A stretch of DNA of 64,000 nt from Eukaryota sp. TZLM1-RC (taxonomy: Eukaryota > Protista > Metamonada: BaSk clade), in the NCBI GenBank assembly GCA_040285825.1, contig JAUPSS010000010.1:310001-374000 (forward strand). Reading direction: 5' to 3'. Position 1 is the stretch's first letter; each line of letters begins with the position of its first letter. Under the pieces are notes generated by a model. It did not search any database. It had not been told where the DNA came from and saw nothing but the letters and a program-made list of their open reading frames with translations. Both the position numbers and the translations under genes were made by a program. Positions 33,392 through 44,901 of the stretch are shown here, in pieces.

Positions 33392-36300
33392 TTAGCTCCT
33401 CTTCCTAATTCTATTACTGCGTCTAGGCCTCTTAGAAGGCGTAGACTCATTGGAGGTACTTTGTCGTCGGCTAGTGGTACGTTTTCCAATTTTCTTGTTA
33501 TCCTTACTAAATAACTTATAAGCTTCTGAATGTTTAACCGAATGGAGTGGCTCTTCTGTTGTCTCACCGCCAAACCACTGAACAGTACAGAAACTACCTG
33601 AATCAGAGTGGTATTCTGAGAGGATTTTCTCTATAACGTGTTTTTCGGAATCGCCTGCAGCGACTGCCTTGAGGAATTCAATGTCCTGTGGATTTTCTGC
33701 GTTATAGATTTTGCAATCTTTCTTGGCAGCTTTTAATTCTGTGCCAGTAGTAAGATTCTTCAATAATAAAGTGGATTTGGAAGGAAGGTCAATAACTAAA
33801 AATGGTCCATTCCAAGATCCATGCAATTTATTATTTTGCTTGGTTTTACGTAAGACGTAGTCACCAATATTAAATACTATAAAACACGAATTAGTATTAT
33901 CTACTGAAGACGGAGTATTTAATGTTTGGTGACGCTCTGCTTCTTCCCTTTTTTTCTTGTAGACGAGTGTTTTTCATTTTGATGTCATCTAATAAAGGGA
34001 TATTAGTTTCAAATTTGGATAAATTTCCTAATATATTAGCAGGGTCTGTTCTTGGACTAATCGAAGAACCGAACATGAGTTCGTATGGGGTAAAACCAGT
34101 TTTTCTGCTTTTAGTAGAATTTATTAATAGTTGGGATATAGGTACGTATGTAGACCAATTTCCGTAATCATTGAAATCTATTAATAGTTTCCTTAAGCAT
34201 TGAAGAACGTCTCTATGTTTACGTTCTACAAGTCCATTACTTTCTGAATAGTGGGGAATTGAGTTACTCATCTCAATCGCTAATCTGTTACACACTATTT
34301 TGAAAGTCTCATTGGCGAACTCAGGTCCATTATCACTATGAATTAACATAGGTATGCCAAAAATAGCGCAAACATTCCAAATTAAGGCATCTGCGGTTTC
34401 TAAGGCATTGAGTTCTTTTAGAGGGACTAAGATTGTATATCCAGTAAAAGAGTCTACAAATACTAATAGATATTTATTTCCTTCGTTGTCAGAATTTAGG
34501 GGTCCAATTGTATCGACGTTTAATCTGGCAAAAGGACGATCTGCCCATAAAGATCCTGTGGAAGGTGTTTTTGATCTTTTAACTGGAGCCGTTTTTTGAC
34601 AAGTTGGGCATCTTTTGACATGATTAATGAGGTCCTTTCTCATATTGGGCCAGTAGAAATCGCTTTTGGATAGTTTGTGTAAACTATCGTTTTTGCTAGG
34701 GTGACCAGATTGAACCAAACCATGTATTAATAGAAGTGCCTGTTTTCTGAGGCTCTTTGGAATCAAAATTTTGTTTTTATTATTTTTCCAAATTTGAGTA
34801 TTTTCATCTAGAATTGCATTTTCAAATAACGAGTCGTTGTTGTTTTTGGCTATTTGTTGTTCAGATCTTATCTTAGAGAACCAAGAAGAAAAAATAGGTA
34901 GGTCTTGGTGTCTACTTAGAGATGAGATTGATGGGATGTCTTCAAGATCCGAATCAGAATCATCGTCTAGTGGAGGTATCTCGTAATTTGAAAGTAAAGT
35001 ATCTGGTATATTTATCCTACAAATAGAAGGAGTTTCCTCGTTTTGATCCAAATCAATATTCCTCGATAACATATCTGCCCAATGGTTGTCTTCACCAGGT
35101 TCGTGGACTATGTCAAAGTCGAATTCAGATAGTATCGGCAGCCATCTCTTTACAATTCTATTTTTCTCTGGGGCTGTAGCCAGGAATGCAATGTTTTTAT
35201 GATCTGTGAAAATTGTTAAATGTCTAGTTAACAAGTAGCTTTCTAAACAACTTTCAGTTAAAATCAAAAGTATTGCATATAATTCTTTTTGTAAGGTGGA
35301 CCATTTTCTTTGTGTTTCTGTAAGTAATCTACTATAGAATGACAAAGGTTTTACTTTCCTTTTATTTAGCGGGGTTGTTGTAGGGGAGTAGGGTTCAATT
35401 TCTTGCCAAATAACACCTCCTACTGCTACATCTGAAGCGTCAGTACTTATCAATACTCGCTTGCCCGGAGCTGGTAATTCAAGGGGCATGTGGTTTACTA
35501 TTATGTCTTTTATTTGTTTTAAGTAATCGTCATGCTTGCTAGTCCATTTAATTATTCTGGGTTTTCCTTTAATTAGCTCGTTAATTGGAGCAATTAATTC
35601 AGAAATACCTGGAAGCCAATCTCTAAAATAATTGATGGATCCTACCAATGAGCGAACTTCTTTCACTGTTTTTGGTCTAGGGATTCTCATCAAGGCTTCG
35701 ATTTTTTTCTTACTTATAAATCTAGTTTTATCCTGGAAGGTACTTCCTAAAATGTCGATAGGGTGTTTTGATGTTACGAATCTACATTTACGTAAGCCTA
35801 TATTTACACGTCTATTTCTGGCGCATTGGAGGACTCTTTGTAATCTCTTATAGAATTCTTCGAAAGTCGTTCCAACTATTATGATATCATCAATATATAT
35901 AAAAACGCCATCAATTTGGAATATTTCCATCATTACATTTTGAAAAACTGCTGGGATGTTCTTTAATCCGAAGCAAGCTCTTTTGAACATAATTGACCTT
36001 CCAGGGATTGAGATTGAGGTTTTCTCAATATCCTTCTCAGCAACATTCATCTGCCAGAAAGCTTTTGGTAAATCAAGCGTGGCGATGTAATTTGCTCTAC
36101 TCAAAAATTCTAATATATCACTAATCCTAGGTAGATTAGGCTCTACTGAAATCGTATGGGCATTAACTCCATCTTTACCACTAAAGTCTCCAGTTAGCCT
36201 GGGTTTCTTGCCGTCAGGACATATAACTAAGACAATAGGAGAGCTGAATTTATAATTAGATTCAACTGCATAGCCCATTTCGATCAGTTCATCAAATATT

Positions 36301-39300
36301 TTGTTTGCTATTTCCATTTTGCTGGGATTTAACCGTCTAGCAGGCTTGTGTACTATAGCATTCTCGTCTCTAAAGGGGATTGTTAGAGGATTACAATCGA
36401 TTCCTTTTCTATTAGGAGTTTCACTAAAAACATCGCTGAATAATTTTAGTAGACTCGTTAATTTTAGTTTATTATTACTATCATCTAAATTTATCTCACA
36501 TCCAGATCTTGCTAATTGCTCCTCAAAATCAGAAGGACTTGGTGATTGGTTATCTAAGTTCCCAATCGAATGTTGAGCGATCCTAGAGTCGAATTCTGAT
36601 TCTGCATTTAGCAAAGTGCGGTGTTCTTTGTCTAATCTAATGAAAAGACCATCATCCGTCTGAAGCCCAAGTGCTTTTAACATGTCTGTCCCTATTAATA
36701 ATTTGTTCGAACCCGGGATTATGGGAAGAGTATGTTTATAATGAACTTGTTGCGCAATGCTTCCTACGTTGAACGACAGAATACCAGTTGCACTCCCTAG
36801 CGATTTTGTGGATACGTTATTAGCTGGTAAGAACTTAATAGTATCCTTGCTATTGATTGACATATGGCATTGTTCAGCTAAATCTGCAGTAATAACTGAA
36901 CAAAACGCAGCCGAATCTATAGTCGCAATCATTTTAATATCATTTATTGATATCTCCAGTCTTAGAAATGGAGAACGCTGGGACCTGATGTGGTTTTCAC
37001 TAACCGTAGAATTAATATCAAAAATACTACTGAAATCAGAGCTGGTTTGGTGAATTTGTAGAGGAATTAAAAGATTTTGTTGAGCTGTTGGAAAGTTGTT
37101 GACTGGGTTTCCTAAATCGGTTGTTGATTGATTGTGATTGATTGCGTTGATATGTGCCCGATTAGGAAAGTTGCCTGTCCTGCTGTTCCGGTTGCTGTTG
37201 TTGATCCGTCTGTGAGGAACCGTACTCGAACGGGTCGGTTTTGACTCAGTAGGGGATGCGTTTGATGATATGTCCTCTGTTGTGTTGATGTTATATATAG
37301 GTCTGTACTGACCTCTTCCTTTATGACCTCTAAAACGGCCTCCACGGCCTCTAAATTTGAATCTATGTACACGTCTACCACGGCCACCTCGGCCCCTTTC
37401 TACACTGCCTCTACTAGCAGGCGCCTCCTGTTCTCCTAATCTAAATCTTTCTTCTTTGGGAACTCTGCTTCTAGCACAACGAGGGTCTTTGCATTCGAAT
37501 ACAGTGTGGCCAACAGGATTGTTACCTTCGACATTGCTGCAGAATGTACAGAATTTTGACCCTTCTCGTTCATGCTTTTCAGGGGTGTATTTGTGTTGAG
37601 TTGTTCCTCTTGACTTTCCACCTGATCGTCTTGCTCGTTTTGATGGAGCCTGGGCTGATGGTGTTACTCCTCTTGAGTAAGTTCTCATCGCCGTGAGTCC
37701 CAAAGGAATATCTTCTTCGTTAGCCCTGTTCCTTAGTACATCCATTGTGGGCTTGTTTCCTGCTGTGTAACACCAAGCGAGGAAATGTCTTCTCGTTGTC
37801 GATATCAAATCGAGTAGAGTTGTTCTGTTCGGTGAGTCCCACAAGGATTCCCTAGTCCATACTGGGAGGAGTTCGCTTGATATAGCAAAGTTATCCAGAC
37901 CCATAAGGAAGTACTCGGCTATTAGAGCGGGAGATATGGTTATCAACCCACTGCTTCCTCTAATTAAATCGGGGATGGTTAGGTCGGTCATGTAGGTGGT
38001 CATTCTCAAGACGTCTCCAAAATCTTCTACATAACGACCAAACTCGTTGTCAGCCTCATGCCTATTGTGGATTTTCCTCCAATTTATTCTAGGCTTCATT
38101 AGAGCTGTACAAGCCTCATGATATGATGTGAATTGCGTTCTTTTTAACAGAAATACCATGACGTCGGCGTCGGTATAATCAACACCGAGTAAACCTTGAC
38201 TCTGCCATCTAGATAGAAGGCTAGGGTCGATCATGCTGGATATTCCTGTAGGGCAAGTGCTCATCATCATGCTCCTAAATAAATCATAATGGTGGATTGG
38301 GGGTCCGAGCTTATCTGTTATAGCTGGATCAATCCTTACCAAAGGCTGTGTGGTATCCCTGGTGATCTCATCGCGTATATGTTTGGGGAGATCTTTAATC
38401 CTATCTTGGGTTATTTCTGCTTGGCCTTCTCCAATTAGCTGGGTAGCTATCATAAAGGCTCTGGTCCAATCTGATTGACCTGGGGCTTCGAAGCTTCTAT
38501 TAGCTATCTTTCGCCCGTATTTATCCCAAGTTTGATATTTTAAAAGAAAAGCTATGATAGACATTTTGTTGATAGGGTCATCAGCGGATAATCGAGGTCT
38601 TTTATAGTCGATATCCTTAGACCGTGGATCAATCTGTCTATGAAGGCTACTAGCTATGCTCATGTCAATAGCTCTTCTTGAGGATTGTAGGTCCTCAATA
38701 CGCATAGATCTGTCGGAAGAAGAGTTTCTTACTGAGGGTTGAGGAGGAGCCGTTTCTCCAACGACTGGCCCGTTCAACTCTATGTCTTCTCCGATTTCAC
38801 ATTCCATAGGTTGGGAGGAAGTTGGTTCTTCCTGAGGAGCAGCGTCTTGTCTAGTTACAGGTTCCGGGACGTTCACTGTTGGAACGTGTTCGGGTATGCT
38901 GTCAATAGAGCAGACCTGTATTGGTTGGCTTTTTTCAGAAATTATAGGGGCTACAACAGGCAGTTTGGGAAGGTGGAGAGATGTGGATGGATCTCCCGTT
39001 ACCCATTGTCTAAACTCTCGTTGTTTCGTGAACGAGTTACCATGTTGTTGGATGTAGTTGTTAGGACGGCTCCTATACGTGGATACAGCTGATCGTTCCG
39101 TATGAATGTTATTTAAAGCGTCTGCATCAAACCAGGGTGTTACTGGTTCAAGCTTGTCTTGTTCACTACTATCCTCCTGCTCCATAAATTCCCTAAAATA
39201 TGTGGGAGCACCCACTGTCAGCTCCGTGTAATTATGGCTTACCGTATCAAAGTTAGGATCAAACCAGGCAGGCAATTTGGATTGTAGGATGTCTTCCGAG

Positions 39301-40202
39301 TCGGTCCTACTTCTCTGCTCGATGGAGAGAAACCTTATTCTCCTACCGTGTTGATCTAGGAAGGAGGCCTTCCAGTTCGATCTATCTTTGATGGGAAGGG
39401 ACATCATTTCGTTGATTCTCTTGTCCATACCCGAGACTCTGGGGCGGCGCTCTGCGTTACGCCCGAATGTCTCTCTACTCAGTTTATCAAGCGCCTTTAT
39501 GAGTTCATTCCTTTCATTGAGGGGAATTTCCAATACCTTTTGGGTATCCCCAATCATTCCGAGGGTCTGGAAACCAACGTTTCTGCCTCTTTTTTGAATG
39601 TAACTCCATAAAGGGGGAAGCTGCTTGAATAGACAGAAATCTGTTGGTTCGAGGTAAGCCTCCGCGTCCTCTCTTAATAACTTGTAGAACCCCTCGGAAG
39701 AGTCGTCTTCTCCCTCCATTTCATCCAGTTGAGATTGAATTTCTTCATATTCTCCTAATGGGGAAGACGTGTCTGAGGTGGGATTTCCATCCGTTCCCTT
39801 TGAGACAGGTTCTAGAATTGGGAGGGGAGAGGGAGCCGGGTCCGTTCTCGTTGCCTCCGAGGACAATTCTGAATACTTGAGGGGAGAGGGAGCCGGGTCC
39901 GTTCTCGTTGCCTCTTCCATTGCTTTGAGGGGAGAGGGAGCTGGGTCCGTTCTCGTAACCTCATCTGTTTCTTTTTTCCTGAGGGGAGAGGGAGCCGGGT
40001 CCGTTCTCGTTACCTCTTCTGTTGCTGAAGATGGAGGGACCTCGTCCACTCTTTCATCTTCTTCTACTTTAAGGGAGGGGGAGGTGGGATCCGGGTCCGT
40101 TGCCTCGTTACCCTCTATATTATGTTTATGTGTCGCTGGTACCTGCTGCATGTTAAGTGGGGGATTAGAGTCAGAGATATCTTGTTGGAAGATGTCTGAC
40201 AT
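33392..40202 (-). CDS. Gag-Pol polyprotein; one frameshift at an A7 run near 33950
   Basis: ORFs 33897-40202 and 33392-33826 are colinear with A1; Pol is very similar, Gag is diverged. Confidence 0.93.
39820..40110 (-). repeat. TRTDPAPSPL-encoding tandem repeats in the gag 5' region
   Basis: GAGGGGAGAGGGAGCCGGGTCCGTTCTCGT four times plus one degenerate unit. Confidence 0.85.
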
Positions 40203-41009
40203 GCTGTAAAGTGTCTGGGGATGTTCGCTAATGCTGAAGTTATGGTATACCTTTTGACTTTAAAATGGCCAATAATTATTGTTGCCTAAAGTCTATTGTA
40301 GTAAAGAAAAGTCTGATTTATTTTCTATTCATATTATATAAGCCTTAGGGCGCCAACAGAAGTACAGGCTGCTATCAGTCATCTTCCTTAAGGAAAAGCA
40401 GCAGGTCCATCTGGTATTTCATTTGATGTTCTGAAGTTCGCTTGTAGAAAGGCCCAGAAATTTGCGATGTTCTTGCTGATTTTTTTTCAAATTTTAGTTT
40501 GCCTAAAAAAATCCTCCGACTGTATTATTAGTGGCTCGTTTGCCTTAATAAAAGCTGGAAATGGTAAAAAAACCTGATGTAATTCGTCCAATTGCCGATG
40601 GTGAATCAATTCTTTGCATCAATTTTTTTCAATCATGTTGCTTCAAAAGCTGCAAGATAGTTAGCTCCTTTTCAATTTGACATTAAAACAATTGAATATA
40701 TTTCCAATCTTTTATTTATTGGGAAAAATGGCCTACCGTAGTTTTATCAATATTTTTTATTGCTATTTTGAGCTGCCAAAAAGGCTTAGGTAAATTTAGA
40801 GTTGCTTTATAATTAGCTTTGTTTAGAAACTCCAAAATGTCGCTAATCCTGGGCAAATTTGCCTCTACAGGTTTAATTAAATCGTTTACTCTACCTATAT
40901 TATGGAAATCGCCAGTTAACCATGGTTTTCTGTGATCAAGCTAAATCACAAGACGGATGGGACTACTGAATTGAGACTTTGCGGGCGCAGCAAATCCAAT
41001 TCGTTCAAA

Positions 41010-42109
41010 TGATGCCGTTAGGCAGAAATACCAAAGATGAAAAGAAGAAAAGAGAGCTTTATTAATTGAAATACTTGTTCTTGAACAAGTGCCACGTCAT
41101 CATGTAAATTCCTCATCTGTCTACCAAGTTAGTTTATCAGTAACAACAACACTACTTCTTCCCATTTTCTTTCAACAGTTTCGTAAACCATTTAGCATAA
41201 TGAAGATAGGGGATTTGTGAGATACTGAGGCACGTGGTGTAAAAGATTTACTTCGTGCTTAACTTTTGAGGGACAATCACGAGCTAGATGACCTTTCTGA
41301 TGACATTTGAAACATGTTCCGTCAGTCAAATTGCGAGACCTATGGGATAAACGAGACTTCATACCAGCTTGACGCACAGAATCAGTATTTTCAGACACAG
41401 TCTTTGAAGACCTGTTCCAAGAAGCTACTCGCGTGCAATCAAGTAGTTCATCCTCTGCGGTATTTACCAATGTAGGAAAATCGGGGAATACCTCGTTCCG
41501 AATTCGAGAAATCAGGGATTTCTGCAGTCCTAATGAAAATATATCCTTGGCGAAACTGATCATGAAGGCTGAGTCAGGCAATTTCAGTCCGGAAGCCCTG
41601 CTTTTTGCCTGAATAAAACGTCTCAGGTAGCAGGACATACGTTCCCGGACGTCGCCCTTACGGACATCAACCTTCAACTCAGACATCACCAAGTTGAATT
41701 CCTCGTACGAGAGAAACGAGATGGAGTATCTCAAATGATCCAGAAACACTTCATCGGATGAATCAACCCCAGGTTTTGTGAGAACCAATGAATCTAACAA
41801 GAAGGGGTCAACGAGGAGCCTTGCTGGAACAAGGTCCTTCTTCGGTGTAACAGAAGAGTGCACCTTCAACAGTTGTAGGAACAACAGAACATCATCCACT
41901 TCCATAGAAGCAAGGGACGAATGTGGTAATTGTGTAGATATCATCTGCAATGAGGGCGAACAATTATTGATGCCGTTAGGCAGAAATACCAAAGATGAAA
42001 AGAAGAAAAGAGAGCTTTATTAATAGAAATACTTGTTTTTGAACAAGTGCCACGTCATCATGTAAATTCCTCATCTGTCTACCAAGTTAGTTTATTAGTA
42101 ACAATAACA
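41010..42109 (-). mobile_element. 1.1-kb Gag-only non-autonomous LTR element (TR-GAG/TRIM-like)
   Basis: 142-bp LTRs (41010-41151, 41968-42109) with 4 mismatches; TSD CAAA at 41006-41009 and 42110-42113; PPT GAAAATGGGAAGAAGTAG. Confidence 0.93.
41192..41944 (-). CDS. Gag with CCHC zinc knuckle
   Basis: CFKCHQKGHLARDC; the open frame extends to 41992, inside the LTR; first ATG is 41944. Confidence 0.85.
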   Translation of the reverse strand: MISTQLPHSSLASMEVDDVLLFLQLLKVHSSVTPKKDLVPARLLVDPFLLDSLVLTKPGVDSSDEVFLDHLRYSISFLSYEEFNLVMSELKVDVRKGDVRERMSCYLRRFIQAKSRASGLKLPDSAFMISFAKDIFSLGLQKSLISRIRNEVFPDFPTLVNTAEDELLDCTRVASWNRSSKTVSENTDSVRQAGMKSRLSHRSRNLTDGTCFKCHQKGHLARDCPSKVKHEVNLLHHVPQYLTNPLSSLC

Positions 42110-43049
42110 CAAAATTCCTTGGTTACCCTTCGTTTTTCTGGGTTTTATCTTCAAGGTGTTCTTTTGATGACCTTACTTTTGTCATAAAATAAAATGGTCA
42201 TCGGGTGACAATCAACTTCATCCGGGTGAGGTAGTTCACTAAATACATCTCTGTATTTTTCGAGTAGCACGACTAGGCGTTCCTCATCCTAAATGTCGTC
42301 CAGGCATATTCTACAATCCAACTCATCTCAATTATGTCTGAATGGTTGAGTGCCCAAAATCAGTACCTAAGATTGATATATTACTCAATTGTTCAATGAA
42401 TCTAATTTGTTGACAAATTCTACTTTCAAACTCACATTCAGTATTTAAGATGGTGCGATGTTCACAATCAAAACTAATGTTAAAACCGTGCTTCGTGCGT
42501 AGCCCCAAGGTTTGTTATAAGTCTCTTCCGATCAAAAAATTGTTGGTACCAGGAATGATCTGGAGTTCCATTCTTAAAAACACTTGAGTGACCAAGGTAC
42601 TGACATTTAGAGCGAAAACACCACTTACACATCCTAGGGGCAGGGTATGAATAACTTTTGCCGATGGGTATTCGACGGTTTTATTGTCATTAACCGTCAT
42701 TTTACATTTTAAGGCTAACGTCTTTGACAATGCTGAAAAAAATACAGCTCAATTATCAATTTCGCCTTGTACTTCCACGTTATTTATAGTACAAGTTAAC
42801 CAGAGTTCCCTATTAGAACTTGCTTGGTTACTTGTTAATTTGGACAGTCGTACGCTGTGGATAGAACCCACAGGATTGAACGACTCTTTTAATCTTTTTT
42901 ATGGATTTGTGTGTTTGCAAACCGAATCAGTTTTGCTCATGTTTTACATGGTACTGATTGAGTTTGGTGTAAGGTTGTTACTCATCTGATTTATTTGCAC
43001 TACGCTTACTATAGAATTTTGACCTCCCTGATGCTTTTGTAAACCAAAT

Positions 43050-44850
43050 CTTCCCACTGATTTAAAGCATTTCTGCTCAGGATAGGTATTGATTTTGCGT
43101 AAGCTACAACATTGCACTGATCGTTGAAATTTCTTTATTTAATGGAAAAACAGTGGAACTTTGCGTTGTCATTAATAAATTTTTCCAATCGGCAAATCTT
43201 TTAGAAAACTCAAATATTGCATTTCTGCATCCACCAATAAAAGCACATGAAGTAAGAATAGAAGCCTTTGTCCAACTTAAACCGCCATAATGTCGACTAA
43301 GGTAAACATTATCAGGAATTTCGAACATTTTACATCCTAGTAATTGTGACAAAACTTTTGCACGTAATTCATTCAACTTTTGGGCCAAGGGCCTAGTGAT
43401 AAAAGGATTTGTAGAGCGAAATAAATGATTAAAAATGGAACTAAAATGGTGGCTTCAGTGCACGGTTTTTCATAAACTAGAGTTGAGCGAGTAACTGGGT
43501 TGAGAACTAAAACTGAATTGGGGGACAGGAGTTCTTTGACAGTGTAAAGTCGAACATAATGACCAAGATGCTTGCCTGGCTTCTCGCGCAGAACAAAAAC
43601 ACGGTCATTCACTTGGGGAGAGTACTTGGGAGTAGTGGGGACAGGAGCTTCTTTAGAAGAACCGCTCAGCGATTTCCAAGAGCGAATAAGTCGCTTGGTG
43701 ATGTCAGCGGTGTGGCGATAAAATTCGGGGACATCGAATTCCTGAGGTACAAAGAAAACGTCATTCATCAGAGATAGGAAGAGTAATCGAGAGAAGGATT
43801 CAGTACCAAATATCAATTGGTAAGGGGAAAGGTTTAAGGAACTACGATGGTGGAAATTTACAAGCATCTGGCAGATGTGGATGTAGTGTGCCCAGTTGTA
43901 GTAATCAAAGAAATCTAACAAGAGTTTTCGGAGGGTCTGGAGAATAGTACGATGTGGGCGTTCTACTTGGCCGTTAGATTGGTGAAGATGATGAATGGAG
44001 AGAGTGTGCTCGATATTCAAAAATAAACACAGTAGAGAAAAGATGCGATTAGCAAACTCGGGACCATTGTAGGAATAAATAGATTTAAAGGCACCGAATA
44101 TGGAGAGGATATGAACGAAGAGAGCATCAACAATTGTTTGGGCCTTCAAATCAGGAAGGGGAACTAGTATGCTGAACTTGGAATGAATAGATTTAAAGGC
44201 ACCGAATATGGATAGGATATGAACGAAGAGAGCATCAACAATTGTTTAGGTCTTTAAATCACGGGAGGAAACTAGTATGCTGAACATGGAGAAGGCATTC
44301 ACGAAGTGAATTATATATTTGTATCCAGTGACATCTGGAGACAGAGGGCCAATAGAATCACAGTGTAAATATTCAAAAGGGCGACTGGCGGAACTAAGGA
44401 AACCAGTGGAAGAGATAGGACGAGATGAGACTGATGCACTTCTTTTGGCAGCCAATGTAATTCTTGATGTGAACTGCCAGATCAGACCTCATAAAAGACC
44501 AGTAGTGATCAGACTCAAATTAATAAAACTTAATTGCGGACGACTTAATTCTCTTAATACAAATAATTGCTAACAATCTCATTAATGACTCACCAACAGC
44601 TATGGGTCTAACCCCACCACCAGGTTTACTTAAAGCAACTAAACGAGATGCCGTCAACGCCTGAGGTAACTTGAAGCGTCCCAAAATAACACTATTAAAA
44701 AAGAATACTAAATCATCAGCGATTTCTGGGCATATGTTGACGGCCGATTTCAAATGATCAGAACTAAGTTCAGAAGCCCCAGCTGAACGACCAGACGGAA
44801 GTCCTTTAATAGCTACACTAACTTCATCAGAAGTAATAGGATTGGCAGTA
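43050..44850 (-). mobile_element. RLE non-LTR fragments (43050-43445, 44515-44850) flanking a Gypsy integrase fragment (43450-44510)
   Basis: RLVALSKPGGGVRPIAVGE; RPFEYLHCDSIGP..NGPEF..NGQVER; diverged 108-bp tandem duplication at 44078-44290. Confidence 0.8.
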
Positions 44851-44901
44851 AATAGGATTATTCTTTAGGATTAAGTTTTTTTCTGTTGACTTTCACATCC
44901 A

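Larger units (their letters stand above)
33184..40358 (-). mobile_element. Full-length Ty3/Gypsy LTR retrotransposon, family A copy 2
   Basis: 79-bp LTRs (33184-33262, 40280-40358) with one mismatch; TSD GAAA/GAAG; PPT at 33263-33279 identical to A1. Confidence 0.96.
40720..42990 (-). pseudogene. Decayed Gypsy protease/RT region interrupted by the Gag-only element
   Basis: IIPGTNNFLIGRDL; EF|ERIGFAAP..FSSP rejoins across the TSD; NLPRISDILE. Confidence 0.8.

Noticed and set aside
39820-40020. 30-bp repeats with variable spacers resembling a CRISPR array
   Set aside because: In-frame coding repeats within gag; no cas genes; eukaryotic context
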